64,000 nt of DNA. Origin: Octopus sinensis. Lineage: Eukaryota. Position 1 is the first letter of the stretch, and the number at the start of each line of letters is the position of its first letter. The notes beneath the pieces were generated by a model. That model did no database searches. It had not been told where the DNA came from and was given only the letters and a program-made list of their open reading frames with translations. This document shows, piece after piece, positions 14,141 through 27,959 of this stretch. The position numbers and the translations under genes were made by a program. The stretch spans positions 81,158,001 to 81,222,000 of the forward strand of contig NC_042998.1 in assembly GCF_006345805.1 (NCBI RefSeq). Direction: 5' to 3'.

Positions 14141-14287
14141 GGTGAGGATGATGAGGAATATGAGGATAATGATATCTTTTATTTGCCAATGGGGCATCTT
14201 ATGAGAGACATTATGGTAGTTTATAATTTCTTTGAAAGCTTGCATAAAGTATGAAGGATGTAAGTTAAAGGAGTAAAAAGTATACAT

Positions 14288-14650
14288 TAGTCGTAGGAGT
14301 GGCTGTGTGGTAAGTAGCTTGCTTACGAACCACATGGTTCCAGGTTCAGTCCTACTGCGTGGCACCTTGGGCAAGTGTTTTCTACTATAGTCTCGGGCCG
14401 ACCAAAGCCTTGTGAATGGATTTGGTAGACGGAAACTGAAAGAAGCCCGTCGTATATATGTATATATATATGTGTATGTTTGTGTGTTGTGTTTATCCCC
14501 CAAGATCGCTTGACAATCGATGCTGGTGTGTTTACGTCCCCGTAACTTAGCGGTTCGGCAAAAAAGACCGGTAGAATAAGTACTAGGCTTACAAAGAATA
14601 AGTCCTGGGGTCGATTTGCTCGACTAAAGGCGGTGCTCCAGCATGGAGCA
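14288..14650 (+). mobile_element. SINE family A, well-preserved copy
   Basis: GTAGGAGTGGCTGTGTGGTAAGTAGCTTGCTTAC...GGCGGTGCTCCAGCATGG. Confidence 0.9.
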
Positions 14651-15600
14651 GTCAGACATAAGCAGACACTAACCTCAATACACCATCTTCGTTGCTCTTC
14701 TGGTCCAGCACGGCGAACTTACTATCTGAATCCACCTATCTGTTTTGGAGAAGGAAGCTAGCTACAATTATTTTGAGAAATACTTACCACTTACGCCACT
14801 GGAGTAACAATACTGAAAAATATTTCTTGATTTACGTCACAAACAAATGGAAATATATAATATAACAACAATAATATAAAGATCACATAATGAATTTACT
14901 TGATTACTACATGCTATCGAATCATGAATAAAATAACGGAAAGAACTGTAAGCATATCATATGTCTTAACAAGATAACATCTAATAATGACAACAATCTT
15001 GTCTATTTTTTCTATATCTTTCAATGAAATCTATTCGAGCCATGATCTTTTAAAAAAGCGTACTCGTTATAAAAATGAAGGCCACAAGGAAGAGGTATTT
15101 TTTCTCTCAATAAATACTATGACAAAACGTGATGTACCGATGTATATGTACTTGTAGTTCAGAATGTGGCATTTTGAATTGTATAAATAGAATTAAGAAC
15201 TTTTGTGCAGTTACCCGAAGCAAAATAGATTTTTCTCCAATAATGGAATTTGTTGTTATTTTAACAAAATTTAACTACATGTTAAAGAAGCCGTGCATGC
15301 GAAGAAAGCAGACTTAATGTTTAGAAGAGCGAAAAGATGATGTTGTTTCCACTGAAATCTCATTAAATTCAAACAAAAAATAATTTCAAAAACTATCGAT
15401 TGTAGAAGCGGTTATATTTGTAGATAATTACCGACGAAAATACGTAAACTAACGGGAACGGAACGTGCTGTTCTTCTTTCTTTGTTTTTTTACAGGAAAC
15501 GTAATGCTTCATACTTTATACATTATATCAGAGATTCTCCAGCATGATATGTGCGTGTGTATGCGTGTGTGTGTGTTGGAAAGAAAGAAAGAAAAGAGAC

Positions 15601-15703
<103 letters not shown>

Positions 15704-17396
15704 GTGAGAGAATTCGTTTCATTAAAAAGAAGCAAAATGGGAACAATATGAAGAAAAATAGTAAACTATTTTCCAAATCTCAATGTGAACAGGACGGAAT
15801 TGTGTATTGGTGAAATATTTTGATGCAAACCGCTAATCATCGTACATATAATTGAGAGTAAAATTGCCATGCCATTTGAGAATCTGGTGGGCAAAGTTTG
15901 TTTTTGCATAATTAAGAATATCGTGAATCTAATAAAATAAAGAAAAATCTTGGATATTCCAATGTCCTCTCCAGTTCCATTTTCCGTTTCGGGAATTGTG
16001 GGAGAGCGTGCTGCTTCAAGAATGCTCAGAACAACCGATATTTACAATAACATAAATTAAACGATAAAAAAAAAACGTGTAAGGAATGAACTTACCAACA
16101 ACGTATATTACATTATCTTTAACACAAGCTGAAAATCTCATTCTCGGTGTAGGCATTGGTGTTCTTTTTCTCCACGTGCCATCTTTAGGATTATAACTGT
16201 ATCATATAATAAATAACAGATTTATGTTAATATTTTACAGTCAAAGTTAAATGTTTATACTTAGGACATTTCAAGTATTACTTTTAGCAATATATCCTTT
16301 CAGTACATCACTTGTTATCAATATAAACATATTGCACATGCATCTGTCTGTATGCAGCAGTTGTATGGCGGCAGTGAGGTGACAAACACACTCGCGTGCA
16401 CACACACAAGCACACACTGACACACACACACACACGCGCACGCACACACACATTTGCCATCTATCAAATTCACTCGAAAGGCTCTGGTCAGCACGGGACT
16501 CTAGAAGAAGACACTTGTCGAAGGAGCTGTGGAGTGAGACTGAACTTGATACTATGTGATAGGAAAGTGATCTTCTTTACTACACAACCATACCTGTGCC
16601 CTCGGGATTGGGTGTTTACCGGCAATTGATAATGTATTTCCTATGCGAGAACCCAAACCTTCATTATTGAGAAAATGAAAAGAAATATTTTGCATATCCG
16701 CGTATATTAGATAACGACAAATTAGTTTATGCATACGTGTGTGCATGTGCGGGCGCGTGTGTGTGTGTGCGTGTGTGAGTGTGTGTGTGTTGGTGAATGT
16801 TTCAGTGTGAGTGTGTGTGGTGTTTTGCGTTGCAGCAAGGAGATTATTTATGACTGCATAGAAGTATCTAAGTTCGATTAGCTACTAATGTCTAATGAAG
16901 CGCATCTAGGCGTGTCGGTGACGTATGTATCTTGTTACTCGTACTGTGATAATCACTGCATAACCACTGCATATATATCTCAATAAGATGTGTTATTTCC
17001 TACGCTTCTGGAATAGGTGGCTATAAAACAACTGTTTTTTCATGGAGGTGGAGTCGTTGGCAGAGAAGGTAAATCGACGGGTGATTATACAAAGTTAGAA
17101 ATCCATGAAAAGCATCAGAGTTTCTGCTGACGATACAAAAAGCATTTAAGATATTCAAGATAAAGTCAAGTCATTAAGCCATGATTTTGTGGGATTAGGT
17201 TTCACTTGAGACATCAATATGCGCACACAGATTTGTATGCCCCGTAAATACTGACCGCTTAGAGGCCTTGTTGATACTAAAATCTCATATATCCGAAGAG
17301 TTCTCATATGTCTAGGTGCACTTAGTAACAAGAGGCTGTGATACATTCGTTAAGCCGATTCAATTCAAATATGCTGTCAATATGTTTTTGTCAAAA

Positions 17397-17970
17397 AGGC
17401 GGCGAGCTGGCAGAAACGTTAGCACGCCGGGCGAAATGCGTAGCTGTATTTCGTCTGCCGATACGCTCTGAGTTCAAATTCCGCCGAGGTCAACTTTGCC
17501 TTTCATCCTTTCGGGGTCGATAAATTAAGTACCAGTTACGCACTGGGTCGATATAATCGACTTAATCCGTTTGTCTGTCCTTGTTTGTTCTCTCTGTGTT
17601 TGGCCCGTTGTGGGTAGTAAAGAAATAGGTATTTTGTCTGTCTTTACGTTCTGAGTCCAAACTCCACCGAGGTCGACTTTGCTCTTCATCCTTTCGGGGT
17701 TAAGCACCATTTGCGTACTGGGGTCTATCTAATCGACTGGGCTCATCCCCCAAAATTTCAGTCCTTGTGCCTAGAGTAGAAAAGAAACGTTAGTAAACCA
17801 GACAAAATACTAGTCGGTATTTTGAATCCTTACTTTCTGAGTTCAAATTCCGCTTAGGTCGACTTTGTCTTTCTTCCTTTCGGAAATAAGCACTAGTTGA
17901 ACAGTGGGGACAAGGTAATCGAGTATTACTTCCCGACAAATTTCAGGAATTGTGCCTAGAAATGAAAAGG
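17397..17970 (+). mobile_element. Head-to-tail chain of three SINE family B units
   Basis: The CTGAGT(T/C)CAAA..CCGC..AGGTCGACTTTG core recurs at about 17468, 17651 and 17838. Confidence 0.8.
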
Positions 17971-17974
17971 GGTG

Positions 17975-18390
17975 CTACATCATTTCTGTTATGTGGAAAA
18001 TATTCCATCAATATTGCACAAATGATGTTGGCATCAATTTTAAAATCCATTCAAGACTTGGTCCCTGTGCTGTCCGCCTGCTACAAAAATCGAACTCAGT
18101 ACATACAGCAACATTATATCACAATTACTTTATCTCAACTGGTCCATACCAAAATACCTCAAAACGGAAACGGATCGCATAAAATTCAAATGTTCACTGG
18201 ACAAATTTCTCCAAAACATCCCTGACTAACCTCCTACACCCGGTTATGTCTCCAACAATAATAACTCTTTGCTGGAGTTGGCTATGGTGCCCTATATATG
18301 ACTGAAAGACTTCCCCAAGTGGTGCTATTCAGTTAGACATCGCCTGGGCCTATACTGGCTAAAACCTATCAAAGTTATCAAAGTTATTTA
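17975..18390 (+). mobile_element. CR1-like LINE 3' end with (ATCAAAGTT)n tail
   Basis: Frameshifted YIISVMWKIF...HSRLGP...GP...KFKCSLDKFLQNIPD*P C-terminus followed by a short tandem tail. Confidence 0.75.
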
Positions 18391-19263
18391 TGGTATTGAT
18401 GGCAAAATGCCCAAAACAGTAAAAAATATTTTAACATGTAAAAATATGCATGAAAATCCGAAAGTTATTTATGCTAAATTATATACAACAATATCGTATT
18501 TGGAAATCTGGTGAATGCCTAATGCGAAATACTTTATTATCCAATATTATTAATTCATTATTTGAACATTTCAATTTCAGGACACAATTTCATTTTGAAA
18601 ATTTACTTGCATGGTTGTGTCAGATTATCAGAGCTGACAAAGAATAATTGTAGTATAATTTGTTTAAGGTTTAAGTTGTTAAAAGGTAAATAATAATTCA
18701 ATTATCGTCTAACAGTTTTCACTAATATTTTTGATTAAGATGACAGTATTTCATTCCCTGAAAATGTTGTAAAACACGTAACAAAATAAATATTTAATAT
18801 TGATTAAAAGTTTGACGTCACGATATCATGGGATTTTTGTGTGGAACGAAATTACTTGGAAGGCTTGTAAATTTTAAATCTATTCATCCATCAAGCTGTT
18901 ATATGCAATGATAAGAGTGGAGTTGAAATAGAAAGCAGATCAACGGGGAATTATAACGGTTTACAAATCTTGCAGTTGCAGCAGATTTGACAGGGGAGCA
19001 TGCATAATGCAGATTAGCGTTTGAAGTAGAAACTGGCAGAAAGAGAAAGTAAAAATTCATATCGCGGTAGGGAATCGTGATCTTGCGATAATGAACACGT
19101 CAAATAATGATATAGTTCGTTTACCTGCTAACACCCTTGATGATACCATAGTTAACTATACATGGGGTATAATATTTGAAAACTAAAAGAAGAAAAGACC
19201 CACAGAAGTATAAAACAATGCTGAATACAAAGATGAGTCATTAATTATCTACAATGCACTTAC

Positions 19264-19560
19264 GTGGAGGCGTAATGACCCAGTCCAATAACCCAGCAGA
19301 CTCGCGATCGTAGGATCGCGGTTTCGATTCCCAGTCCGGGCGTTGTGTTTATTGAGCGACCTAAAGCTCTACGAGGCTCCGGCAGGGGTGGTGGTGAACC
19401 CTGCTGTCCTCTTTCAAAACAACTTTCTCTTACTCTTTCTTCCTGTTTTTGTTCTACCTGTATTTCAAAGGGTACACGTGTCTGTGGAGTGCTCAGCCAC
19501 TTGCACGTTAATTTCACGAGCAGGTTGTTCCGTTGATCGGATCAACTGGAACCAACGTCA
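19264..19560 (+). mobile_element. SINE family C
   Basis: tRNA-like head (GGTTTCGATTCC) and core TGGAGTGCTCAGCCACTTGCACGTTAATTTCACGAGC. Confidence 0.8.
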
Positions 19561-19960
19561 TCGTAACCGAAGGAGCTCCACGACATTGCACTTACAAAGT
19601 TTAGTTTTCTCTGATGGTGATAAAATAAATCGCACTCATCCATTTAAGTGATCTCCCTCTAATCCCTGCGGTACATGTTTGAACTTGAACCGTCAGTTTT
19701 GCTGAGGATTTTATGGCTAAGATTGTTGTAGATGATTTTGTAAGCATAACCATAGCTAACTTTGCATATGTTTTACCAGTTTTAGATAGTTTGTTGTCTG
19801 TTCAACTAATTCATACCAGCCACTCGTTAAATGTTGCTATCAAGACTGGATTTTTCACTTTGTTTTCTGTTTTCAATCCATTCGTAAGCACTCACTGTTA
19901 GATATTTAGCTGGACGCCATTGATGAATTTCAGCGCTCGATATACCCTCTTGCCACATAA
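19560..19960 (-). mobile_element. Heavily decayed mariner transposase N-terminal relic between two SINEs
   Basis: Minus-strand fragments LMWQEGISSAEIHQ...AYEWIE and GYAYKIIYNNL resemble the mariner HTH region. Confidence 0.5.
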
Positions 19961-19964
19961 GGGC

Positions 19965-20278
19965 ACTCCATCGGTTACGATGACAAGGGTCGCGGTTGTA
20001 CCGATCTATGGAATATCCTACTCGTGAAATTAACGTGCAAGTGGCCGAGCACTCCACAGACACGCGTTCCATTAACGTAGTTCTCAGTGAGTTTCCGCGT
20101 AACAGAGTATGTGACAAGGCTGGCCTTTTGAAATACAGGTAGTACGCATTCGTGCCAATAGAGTGGACTGGAGCAAAGTGAAATGAAGTGCCTTACTCAA
20201 GGGCAGAACTTGCCGCTGGGAATCGACCCTACGATCGTGAGCCGGATATCCTAACCACTAACCCACGCGTCTTCACTT
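19965..20278 (-). mobile_element. SINE family C
   Basis: Core CTCGTGAAATTAACGTGCAAGTGGC and head remnant CTAACCACT. Confidence 0.8.
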
Positions 20279-20383
20279 GACCATGCACGCACACACACAC
20301 ACACACACTCACAGACGCATGCGTAAACACACAGAGAGGAATAGAGAGGGAGAGAGGGAGAGAGAGAGGGAGAGAGGGGGAGA

Positions 20384-20425
<42 letters not shown>

Positions 20426-21054
20426 AGTACCACTATACTCCGCTTTTCTTTGGAATAAACAGAAAATAGATCGGCCATGATTGAGACGCTATAACAACGG
20501 CAATTTCATGTTTAAACATGTAGCGTAGCGATTAATGGAAAATTACGCCGTCATGTGAGCACAACTAATTTTCCCTACAGAAGTATAATGAATAATTGTA
20601 AAATTGTCGTGGATAATTAATAATTCATGAATGAAGTTTCAGAAACCCCCAGACTGTCGTGCTTAATGAATGTTTTCATATACGAACAAAGGGCTTTTAT
20701 TTCGTTCTTTATATCATGTGCTCCACGGCGCTCTTTATGAAAACTGTTAGTTCTCGTAGAGTCCAATTTGTCTCACTGCAAATGTGTACTGTAAGCGATA
20801 CAACTCATTACTGTTAGCTAAGCGGAGATGCTCTCAACTGCGAAATATTAATTCAAGGCAAATTTATTTAAAACGGACTGTCATGAGGGTGGAATTATAG
20901 GCCCTCCATTTTCCTTTTAACAGTTGCATCAATCTTTTATTGTCTTGACTGATCTAGTTGCTTACACATTATATCATTACACATTGTCCAGGGATATGTC
21001 ACTTAAACTTTTACTGATCCGATCAACTTGGCTGCGAAAATATAATAATTATAA

Positions 21055-21365
21055 GGAGCACTCCGTCGGTTACAACGACGAGGGTCCCAGCTGATGCAAT
21101 CACCGGAACAGCTTGCTCGTGAAATTAACGTGCATGTGGCTGAGCACTCCACAGTCACGTGTACCTCTAACGTAGTTCTCGGAGAGATTCAGCGTGACAC
21201 AGAGTGTAACAAGGCTGGCCCTTTGAAATACATTACTACTCCTTTTTGCCAGCTGAGTGGACTGGAACAATGTGGAATAAAGTGTCTTGCTCAAGGAGAC
21301 AACGTGTCGCCGGGAATTGAACTCACGACCTTAAGATCGTGAGCCGAATGCCCTGACCACTAAGT
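21055..21365 (-). mobile_element. SINE family C
   Basis: Same core, plus GAATTGAACTCACGACC..GATCGTGAG tRNA-like head on the minus strand. Confidence 0.85.
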
Positions 21366-21434
21366 CACACCATAGTAATTATAGCTTGTGTAAAATCTGT
21401 GCAATAGGTGTCTATTGTACCGTTATGCAGAACT

Positions 21435-21612
21435 GAGTTAGTACACATTATTTACATTATTTACATTGGGCGGATATGTGACCGCATCTTGTTTGTTGTT
21501 ATCACAACTCTCCAGCCTTCATCAGGTGTCCTGGTAGAATTTTGAACCCAGTCATGGCTTCTCATTCTTAAAGTATTTTTGTTATACTATTATTATTATT
21601 ATTATTATTATG

Positions 21613-21675
<63 letters not shown>

Positions 21676-21773
21676 TTTATTTTTATTATTATTATTATTA
21701 CTATTATTACTATCATTATTATCATTATTATTATTATTATTACCATTATTATTATTATTATATTATTATTATA

Positions 21774-21823
<50 letters not shown>

Positions 21824-21880
21824 TATTATTATTATTACTATTATTACTATCATTATTATCATTATTATTATTATTATTAC

Positions 21881-21938
<58 letters not shown>

Positions 21939-22075
21939 TCTAGGCATTGAACTCGCAAACTGAGTGTTAGTAGCCCGCACTCTTAACCATTACGCTTGTT
22001 TGTTGCATTAACAATAAACAAGATCAGGACACTGTAAATAATGTAAATGATATAAATAATGTACAGAATTCCTCA
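21435..22075. repeat. Long (ATT)n tract flanked by inverted pieces of a Penelope-type repeat with a half-deleted HHR
   Basis: TACATTATTTACATTATTTAC at about 21440 and its reverse complement at about 22035-22065. The minus strand at 21505-21530 keeps ACACCTGATGAAGGCTGG but lacks the GAAA half. Confidence 0.55.
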
Positions 22076-22351
22076 AATAAATAAACTTAAATATTCGGAG
22101 GCGTTATTTTTAACAAAACATAATATCTTAGTCAGTGGTATCATCACAATATCAATAAATGTATAACCGTTAGAAGAATAATTACTTTTAAGAATCCAGT
22201 AAATTCTAGTGTAATGGAACATAAATTGAAGTCAAGTCTAATTAGATTTTTCCGAAGATAAAAGTTTAATATAAGACATAGTAATAAAATTTGTACTTGT
22301 AACATTTTTGTTCCTACTGAATTGCTATATCTGGTTATCCTGCACTAAATC

Positions 22352-23065
22352 TATAGGCGTGGTTATAGGCGCAGGAGTGGCCATAGGCGCTAGGGTGGCT
22401 ATAGGCGCAGGAGTGGCTGTGTGGTAAGAAGCTTGCTTTCCAACTACATGGTTCCGGGTTCAGTTCCACAACGCGGCACCTTAGGCAAGTGTCTTCTACT
22501 ATAGCTTCAGGCTGACAAGGCCTTGTGAGTGGATTTTGTAAACGGAAACAGAAAGAAGCCCGTCATGTATATATATATATATACACACACACACACATAC
22601 ACACACACGCATATATATATATATAAATAAAGTTAATCCAAACATGAAAACACAAAGAGAAAACACAACAACGCGAGGACGTGGAACAAGTATAGTATTA
22701 TTGGACGCCCAGGAAAGAAGGACAGAAGGAGGGTTTCACATTTCGAGCGGAGCTCTTCGTCAGAAACATAGGAAAAGGAAAGATCCAAAGAAGGGAAGAC
22801 TGAGGAAAAAAAATCGCCAACGGTACACACGCAGTATATATATATGTATATGTATATATTTGTGTGTGTCTCTGTGTTTGTTCCCTTCACCATCGCTTGA
22901 CAACCTATGTTGGTGTGTCTCCGTCTCCGTAACTTAGCGCTTCGGCAAAAAAGACCGATAGAATATGTACTAGGCTTGCAAAAATAAGTCCTGGAATCGA
23001 TTTGTTTGATAAAATGACGGTACTACAGCATGGCCGCAGTCAAATGACTGAAATAAGCAAGGGAG
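22352..23065 (+). mobile_element. SINE family A with reiterated 5' end and a nested Penelope-type repeat (about 22633-22830, minus strand)
   Basis: The head is preceded by 18-bp repeats, and the internal microsatellite is interrupted by a foreign 200-bp segment. Confidence 0.85.
22733..22767 (-). ncRNA. Decayed minimal hammerhead motif
   Basis: GTTT-CTGACGA-A-GAGC tcc GCTC-GAAA-TG-T-G-AAAC. Helix III is mutated and position 17 is G, so it is predicted inactive. Confidence 0.55.
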
Positions 23066-23171
23066 CAAAAAAAAAAAAACAGATACACAATGTCCCAGTA
23101 TTCACCGCGTGGCTAAAATACATATTTTGCTTTAAAGTCAGTAATGTTCGTGAGTAAAATTTTCTGGCAGG

Positions 23172-23358
23172 TTTTAAAGTTTGATATTTAACATCATTAT
23201 AATGGAAGTTTCCGTCGCAAAATACGTGCTAAACCAAACAGGAAAGTTTTGAGAATGGCACAAGCTCTCGTGAAATATGTTTCCGTGACAGTCTTGACTT
23301 CCTTGAAGCTATCATTAACATAATTGTTGGGAAAATATTTCCAATCATTAATCTAGAA
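23172..23358 (+). repeat. About 190-bp direct repeat, second copy at 25880-26062
   Basis: TTTTAAAGTTTGATATTTAA...CCAATCATTAATCTAGAA present twice with scattered substitutions and a 4-bp indel. Confidence 0.9.
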
Positions 23359-25328
23359 TCATATGAAGAAGCTGCTTCGTTAAATCGTAAATACAATGAA
23401 TTTCACAATATATACAAATACGTTTGTTGGGTTTGTTGCTTTTCTGAGGGTTTATCTTAATATTAATATGCTCATAATATGTTCTTGTGATTGCAGAAAC
23501 CCAAGTACGTTTAGAATATATCACAACATTAATGGCAATCGTCAGTAAAATCGTGAAAATGTTTAATAATAACTCCTTTCATATTGGTTCAAGTTTAAAT
23601 AAGCTGAAGTTAATTACAGGAAATGAGTGTAATAATTTTAATTATTGTGGTCATTTTCTATTCAAATATTACAGTTAGTAATTAATGGATGTTTAATTGA
23701 ATAGTTTAACAGGGGAGAGAAGGTGGCAAATCAACAATCGCACCTATCTGTGAACAAAAAGAGAACTGAAAACCTAAAAAATATATGAATAAATAAATAA
23801 AAACAGAGGTTTTATTTCAGAGTAAATATTCGAGCTGTTTTCTGATATTTTCTTTGCATTATAGAAAATATGGAACTCACCGAAACGTAGTAAGGAAAGC
23901 ATTTTCAGTTTTACAACGCTTTTGCTCATTACGTCAATACATATATACTTTCCTATTGCACCTATCTGGAGCTTGAAGGGAAGGGTAAGTGTGAAATACT
24001 TGTGGTAGAGTTCATGTATTGTCATACGCAATGCTGATTGTCCCGCCGATGGTCTAATACTACTTCTCATCTAAAAGGTCGCCGTAATGGTGGGAATCGA
24101 TCTTTTAGGCAACATTTTACGTTTATTAAGGATTTTTGTGTTTTAGAATTCACCCAATTAACATATTCTGAATAGAAATCCAATATTACAGTAAACAAAT
24201 TGCTACTGCTTTAGAAGTGAGGCACTTTCTTGGAAGATAAGAATATAATTGATGTATTGGACTATATTATATTATTGATAGGTATATTTTCTATATAATA
24301 AACATGATTCGCAAACCGATATCATGAGAGGACAACTGTCATTTCACTTTCTTTAGGCAGAGTGTTTGAGGAAAGAAAAGGTAGATTTTGTGCTGGATTT
24401 GATTTAACATAGTTTTATTGGCATAAATAAATGAAACATCTGAGAGTAAATGAGACTATTTTGTTTCCAAACGCAATGGCCGTTATCTACCTCTTCTTTA
24501 ACTTATGTAGAGAGTGTAATAATCATAACGGAATAATACTGTTAATTATTAACATTTATGACTGTTTATATTATCAATCCAGTTTAACGATGAAGTCAGG
24601 ATGTGCATTAAAACAACGGAAGCTAGGAATTCTCTGTAGAATAATCTGAACTTTTGTATGAAAGTATAAATGGTGCATAATGTTTTAGCTGTCTCTAAGA
24701 TCAGCCCAGTGTTACGGTTTTGAAAAGCCAGGCTTTTGTAATTTAGCACTGTTCATAAGAAGAATAGTTTTTATACATATACAGGGAAGTAATGATTTCT
24801 GTAGCTTGAAGCGTTCATTGTCCATGAATAAATGCAATGCAATTTTGGTTTTAGATATTGAAAAATGAAAAACAAAATATATAAACCCAATACAGGATGT
24901 GCTGGAAATATGCCTGTAAAGAAATGTAACGGGTGTAGTGACAGGCATTCGGTGAACGACCCCAGCAAAAGGTGAATTGATTTTCTGTGTGAGATGATTC
25001 TGACAACAAGTTAGCATTGAACATGCTACTTCTCTAAAGAGGTATGAATAGTTGAAGAGTGAACATGAAGGCATATTGTAATACGTTTGAAAGATAGAGA
25101 AGAAAGGTCCACTAATATAAGTTGTGACTGAAAGACCTCACGAAATTTGTTTTAAAATAGCTGAATCCAAAGGCGAATTTGAAAATATTCCTAACAAAAA
25201 TTTACGAAGTCAAATGATTGTTTGTGATGTATCAAAGATGGGGAATATGAGAGTTATCAATGGACAACTAGTGGGGGGTCTATCTTTCTCTTTTCTATAT
25301 TTCTCTTTCAATCTATCTGTCTGTCTGT

Positions 25329-25405
<77 letters not shown>

Positions 25406-26580
25406 CATATAAAGAATTACATAATGAGAATGTATGATACATTATCTGGCAGAAAATTTAATTTGGAAAAAGAGTAAGCACATTGCAGAAAACGAGCGAA
25501 ACATGATCTGCTTATTTGGAAAGATCATATTGGCTTATAAGTGAATGAAACAGTCCTGAACTAACCCGGTCTCACTATATTTAAAATCATCCTTTATGTT
25601 CATTTGTTGAAGTTAATCATAAACCGCGCACTTCAGTAAGGAAGGAAGATATTTGACAAAAATATAGAAGTCACAACCTCCATTATTAAAACAAATAAAC
25701 GTGAACATATGAATAGAGTGGTGAATTTAGAGTTGATATTGGATCGTAAATAAGCGTCTTGATTTAGAGTAAGTGATCTAACGCTATAAAAGTCTCATGT
25801 TGCATAAAAAGATGTCATAAAAACGATAGTACTTTGACCTATGAAGACAAAAAAAAAGAAGATAAATGTTACTGAAATATTTTAAAGTTTGATATTTAAT
25901 GTCATTATAATGGAAGTTTCCGTCGCAAAATACTAAACCAAACAGGCAAGTTTTGAGAATGGCACAAGCTCTCGTAGAATATGTTTCCGTGACAGTCTTG
26001 ACTTCATTGAAGATACCATTAAGACAATTGTAGGGAAAAACATTTCCAATCATTAATCTAGAAACCTAATTGCTAGTTTGATTTGCCGAGGAATTACAAC
26101 GTGAGGAGCTCATTACATTCTGCTTTGGTTATTAAACGTTGTAACAAGACCATCACGAAATTCTCCCATTTTTCAATACTTCTCCCCCACCTGAAATACA
26201 CATATCTTTTTATCGTTTACTTGTTTTAGCCATTTGGACTACAGCCATGCTACAGCACTGGAGTAGATTTAGTCAGGCTAATATACCCCGGTACTTCAAA
26301 CCAAATAACTAATACTTATTCTATCACCTCTTTCTTTTTTTGTGAAGAACCGCTTACTAGTACATAAATAAACCAACAACCGTAGTCACGCATTTGCGGT
26401 GGGGGGATCAACACAGACACAACGATGCGCATTCATAGATGCACCACATACTAATACATACGCACACACGCACGCACGCACACGCACGCACACGCACGCA
26501 CGCACACGCACACACATATTCGTAAACGTGTATATAAATATATATACGTGTATGCAAACACACACACATATACACACGTT

Positions 26581-27950
26581 TTCACATGTCTTTAAGAGAA
26601 CAGCCGAGAGTCCAGCTGGGTTCGTTGCTGAGTTTGAACTCAACTCATCAATGGCCGATATTACATCCTCTTCCGTTATGTTGATGTAATCGACGGTTGC
26701 CGCTTTTCCGAATAGATTCGTTACATCGAGAACTTCCTCAGGATTGTTTATTTATTGTTTATTTAGTGCTTCACTTATCTTCCCTGGGTCTGCAGTTAGT
26801 GATCCGTTCTTACCAAATAGTAGCCCTATCTTATAGCATACTGAGGCAGACTGCTTTACCAACGCGTAGAAGGTTTTAGGATTTCTTTTTATATTTTCGA
26901 CACCCCAACAATCTCTTTCTTCTCTTTCTTTTTCATGGGAGATTTTGAGTTTATTTTCAATCTCGAAGAGTTTCTCTGTTAGGTAGAATTTCACACAGTC
27001 ATTGACGTGTTTGTTTAAACAATTCGAAAACTTTATTCTCCGCAGCATGAGTATTCTCCTGTCTCGAGGAATGATGTTTTTGTGTGTACTGGCTCCCTTC
27101 TCTGGGACATATTTAATGCATATGGCTCGTATTATTGACATGAATTTATTGAATTTCATATCTATGTCTTGCATAGTGAGGCTTTTAGGCCAGTCCTGCT
27201 AGAGTATCTGTTTTTCAAGTGACTTCCAGTCAGACTTAGAGAAATTTATGTTGGAGAGGGTTTGAGTGCCATTTGTGCGGAGTTTATCTTTAGTTAATTT
27301 CGGGGCAAACATTGCCAGTTCTATCATGTTATGGTCTGAGAATATTGTTGGTGATATATTTAGTTTATGGATACTTTCCACATTGTTTGCAAAACAGAGG
27401 TCCAGGATATTTTTGTGCCTGGTTGGAGATCTTCTCTACTAAGACCAAGTAGGGATTCTGCTTGATATCGCTCTTTGTCAGTCATTCTTGGGGATATGTT
27501 ACCCTCAGGCCACCTGACGTTGGGGAAGTTGAAGTTACCCGTCAAGAATATAGCTGTATATAAGTTGATCCAATTGTGTTAGTACTTCCTTTATTGCAGC
27601 GAAGATTTCCTTAAATTTTGCGTCATGATTTGAGGCATCAAGTGGGCGATACAATGTGCACATCACTATATCAAGTTGCTTTAGATGTACTATGAGTGTG
27701 TCACACATCGAGTTCGAGTTCGATAACAGGGTTGATGGTGTGTCATCTTCACGGGTGTACACTGCAACTCCACCGTGACTTCTTTTTCTTCTGTCCGTAC
27801 AGAAGACAGAATACATTGATATGTGTTTCTCCGCATCATTTATGTCTGCAGACAGATGTGTTTATGTAAGTGCAATCTATATAGCTTGACTGCATGTAGA
27901 AAGATTCTTCAGGAGCGCAATTTCGCATTTGCTGTTGTTCTGTAGCAGGC
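26581..27950 (-). mobile_element. CR1-clade LINE fragment: AP endonuclease and linker, RT absent
   Basis: GGVAVY, LYRP, DG(D)FNFPNV.W, SDHNMI, IKRNPKTFY and ...A.NPAG.SA.LLK.C in broken frames. Confidence 0.85.
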
Positions 27951-27959
27951 CTCTTATAT

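Noticed and set aside
14787-14820. Possible minus-strand microexon (TTTTTCAG, 18 nt, two tandem GTAAGT donors)
   Set aside because: The peptide does not continue a Kelch repeat, and such motifs occur by chance in AT-rich introns.
23880-24070. 98-aa minus-strand ORF with AG acceptor and GTGAGT donor
   Set aside because: No recognisable domain, and an equally good donor exists on the plus strand.
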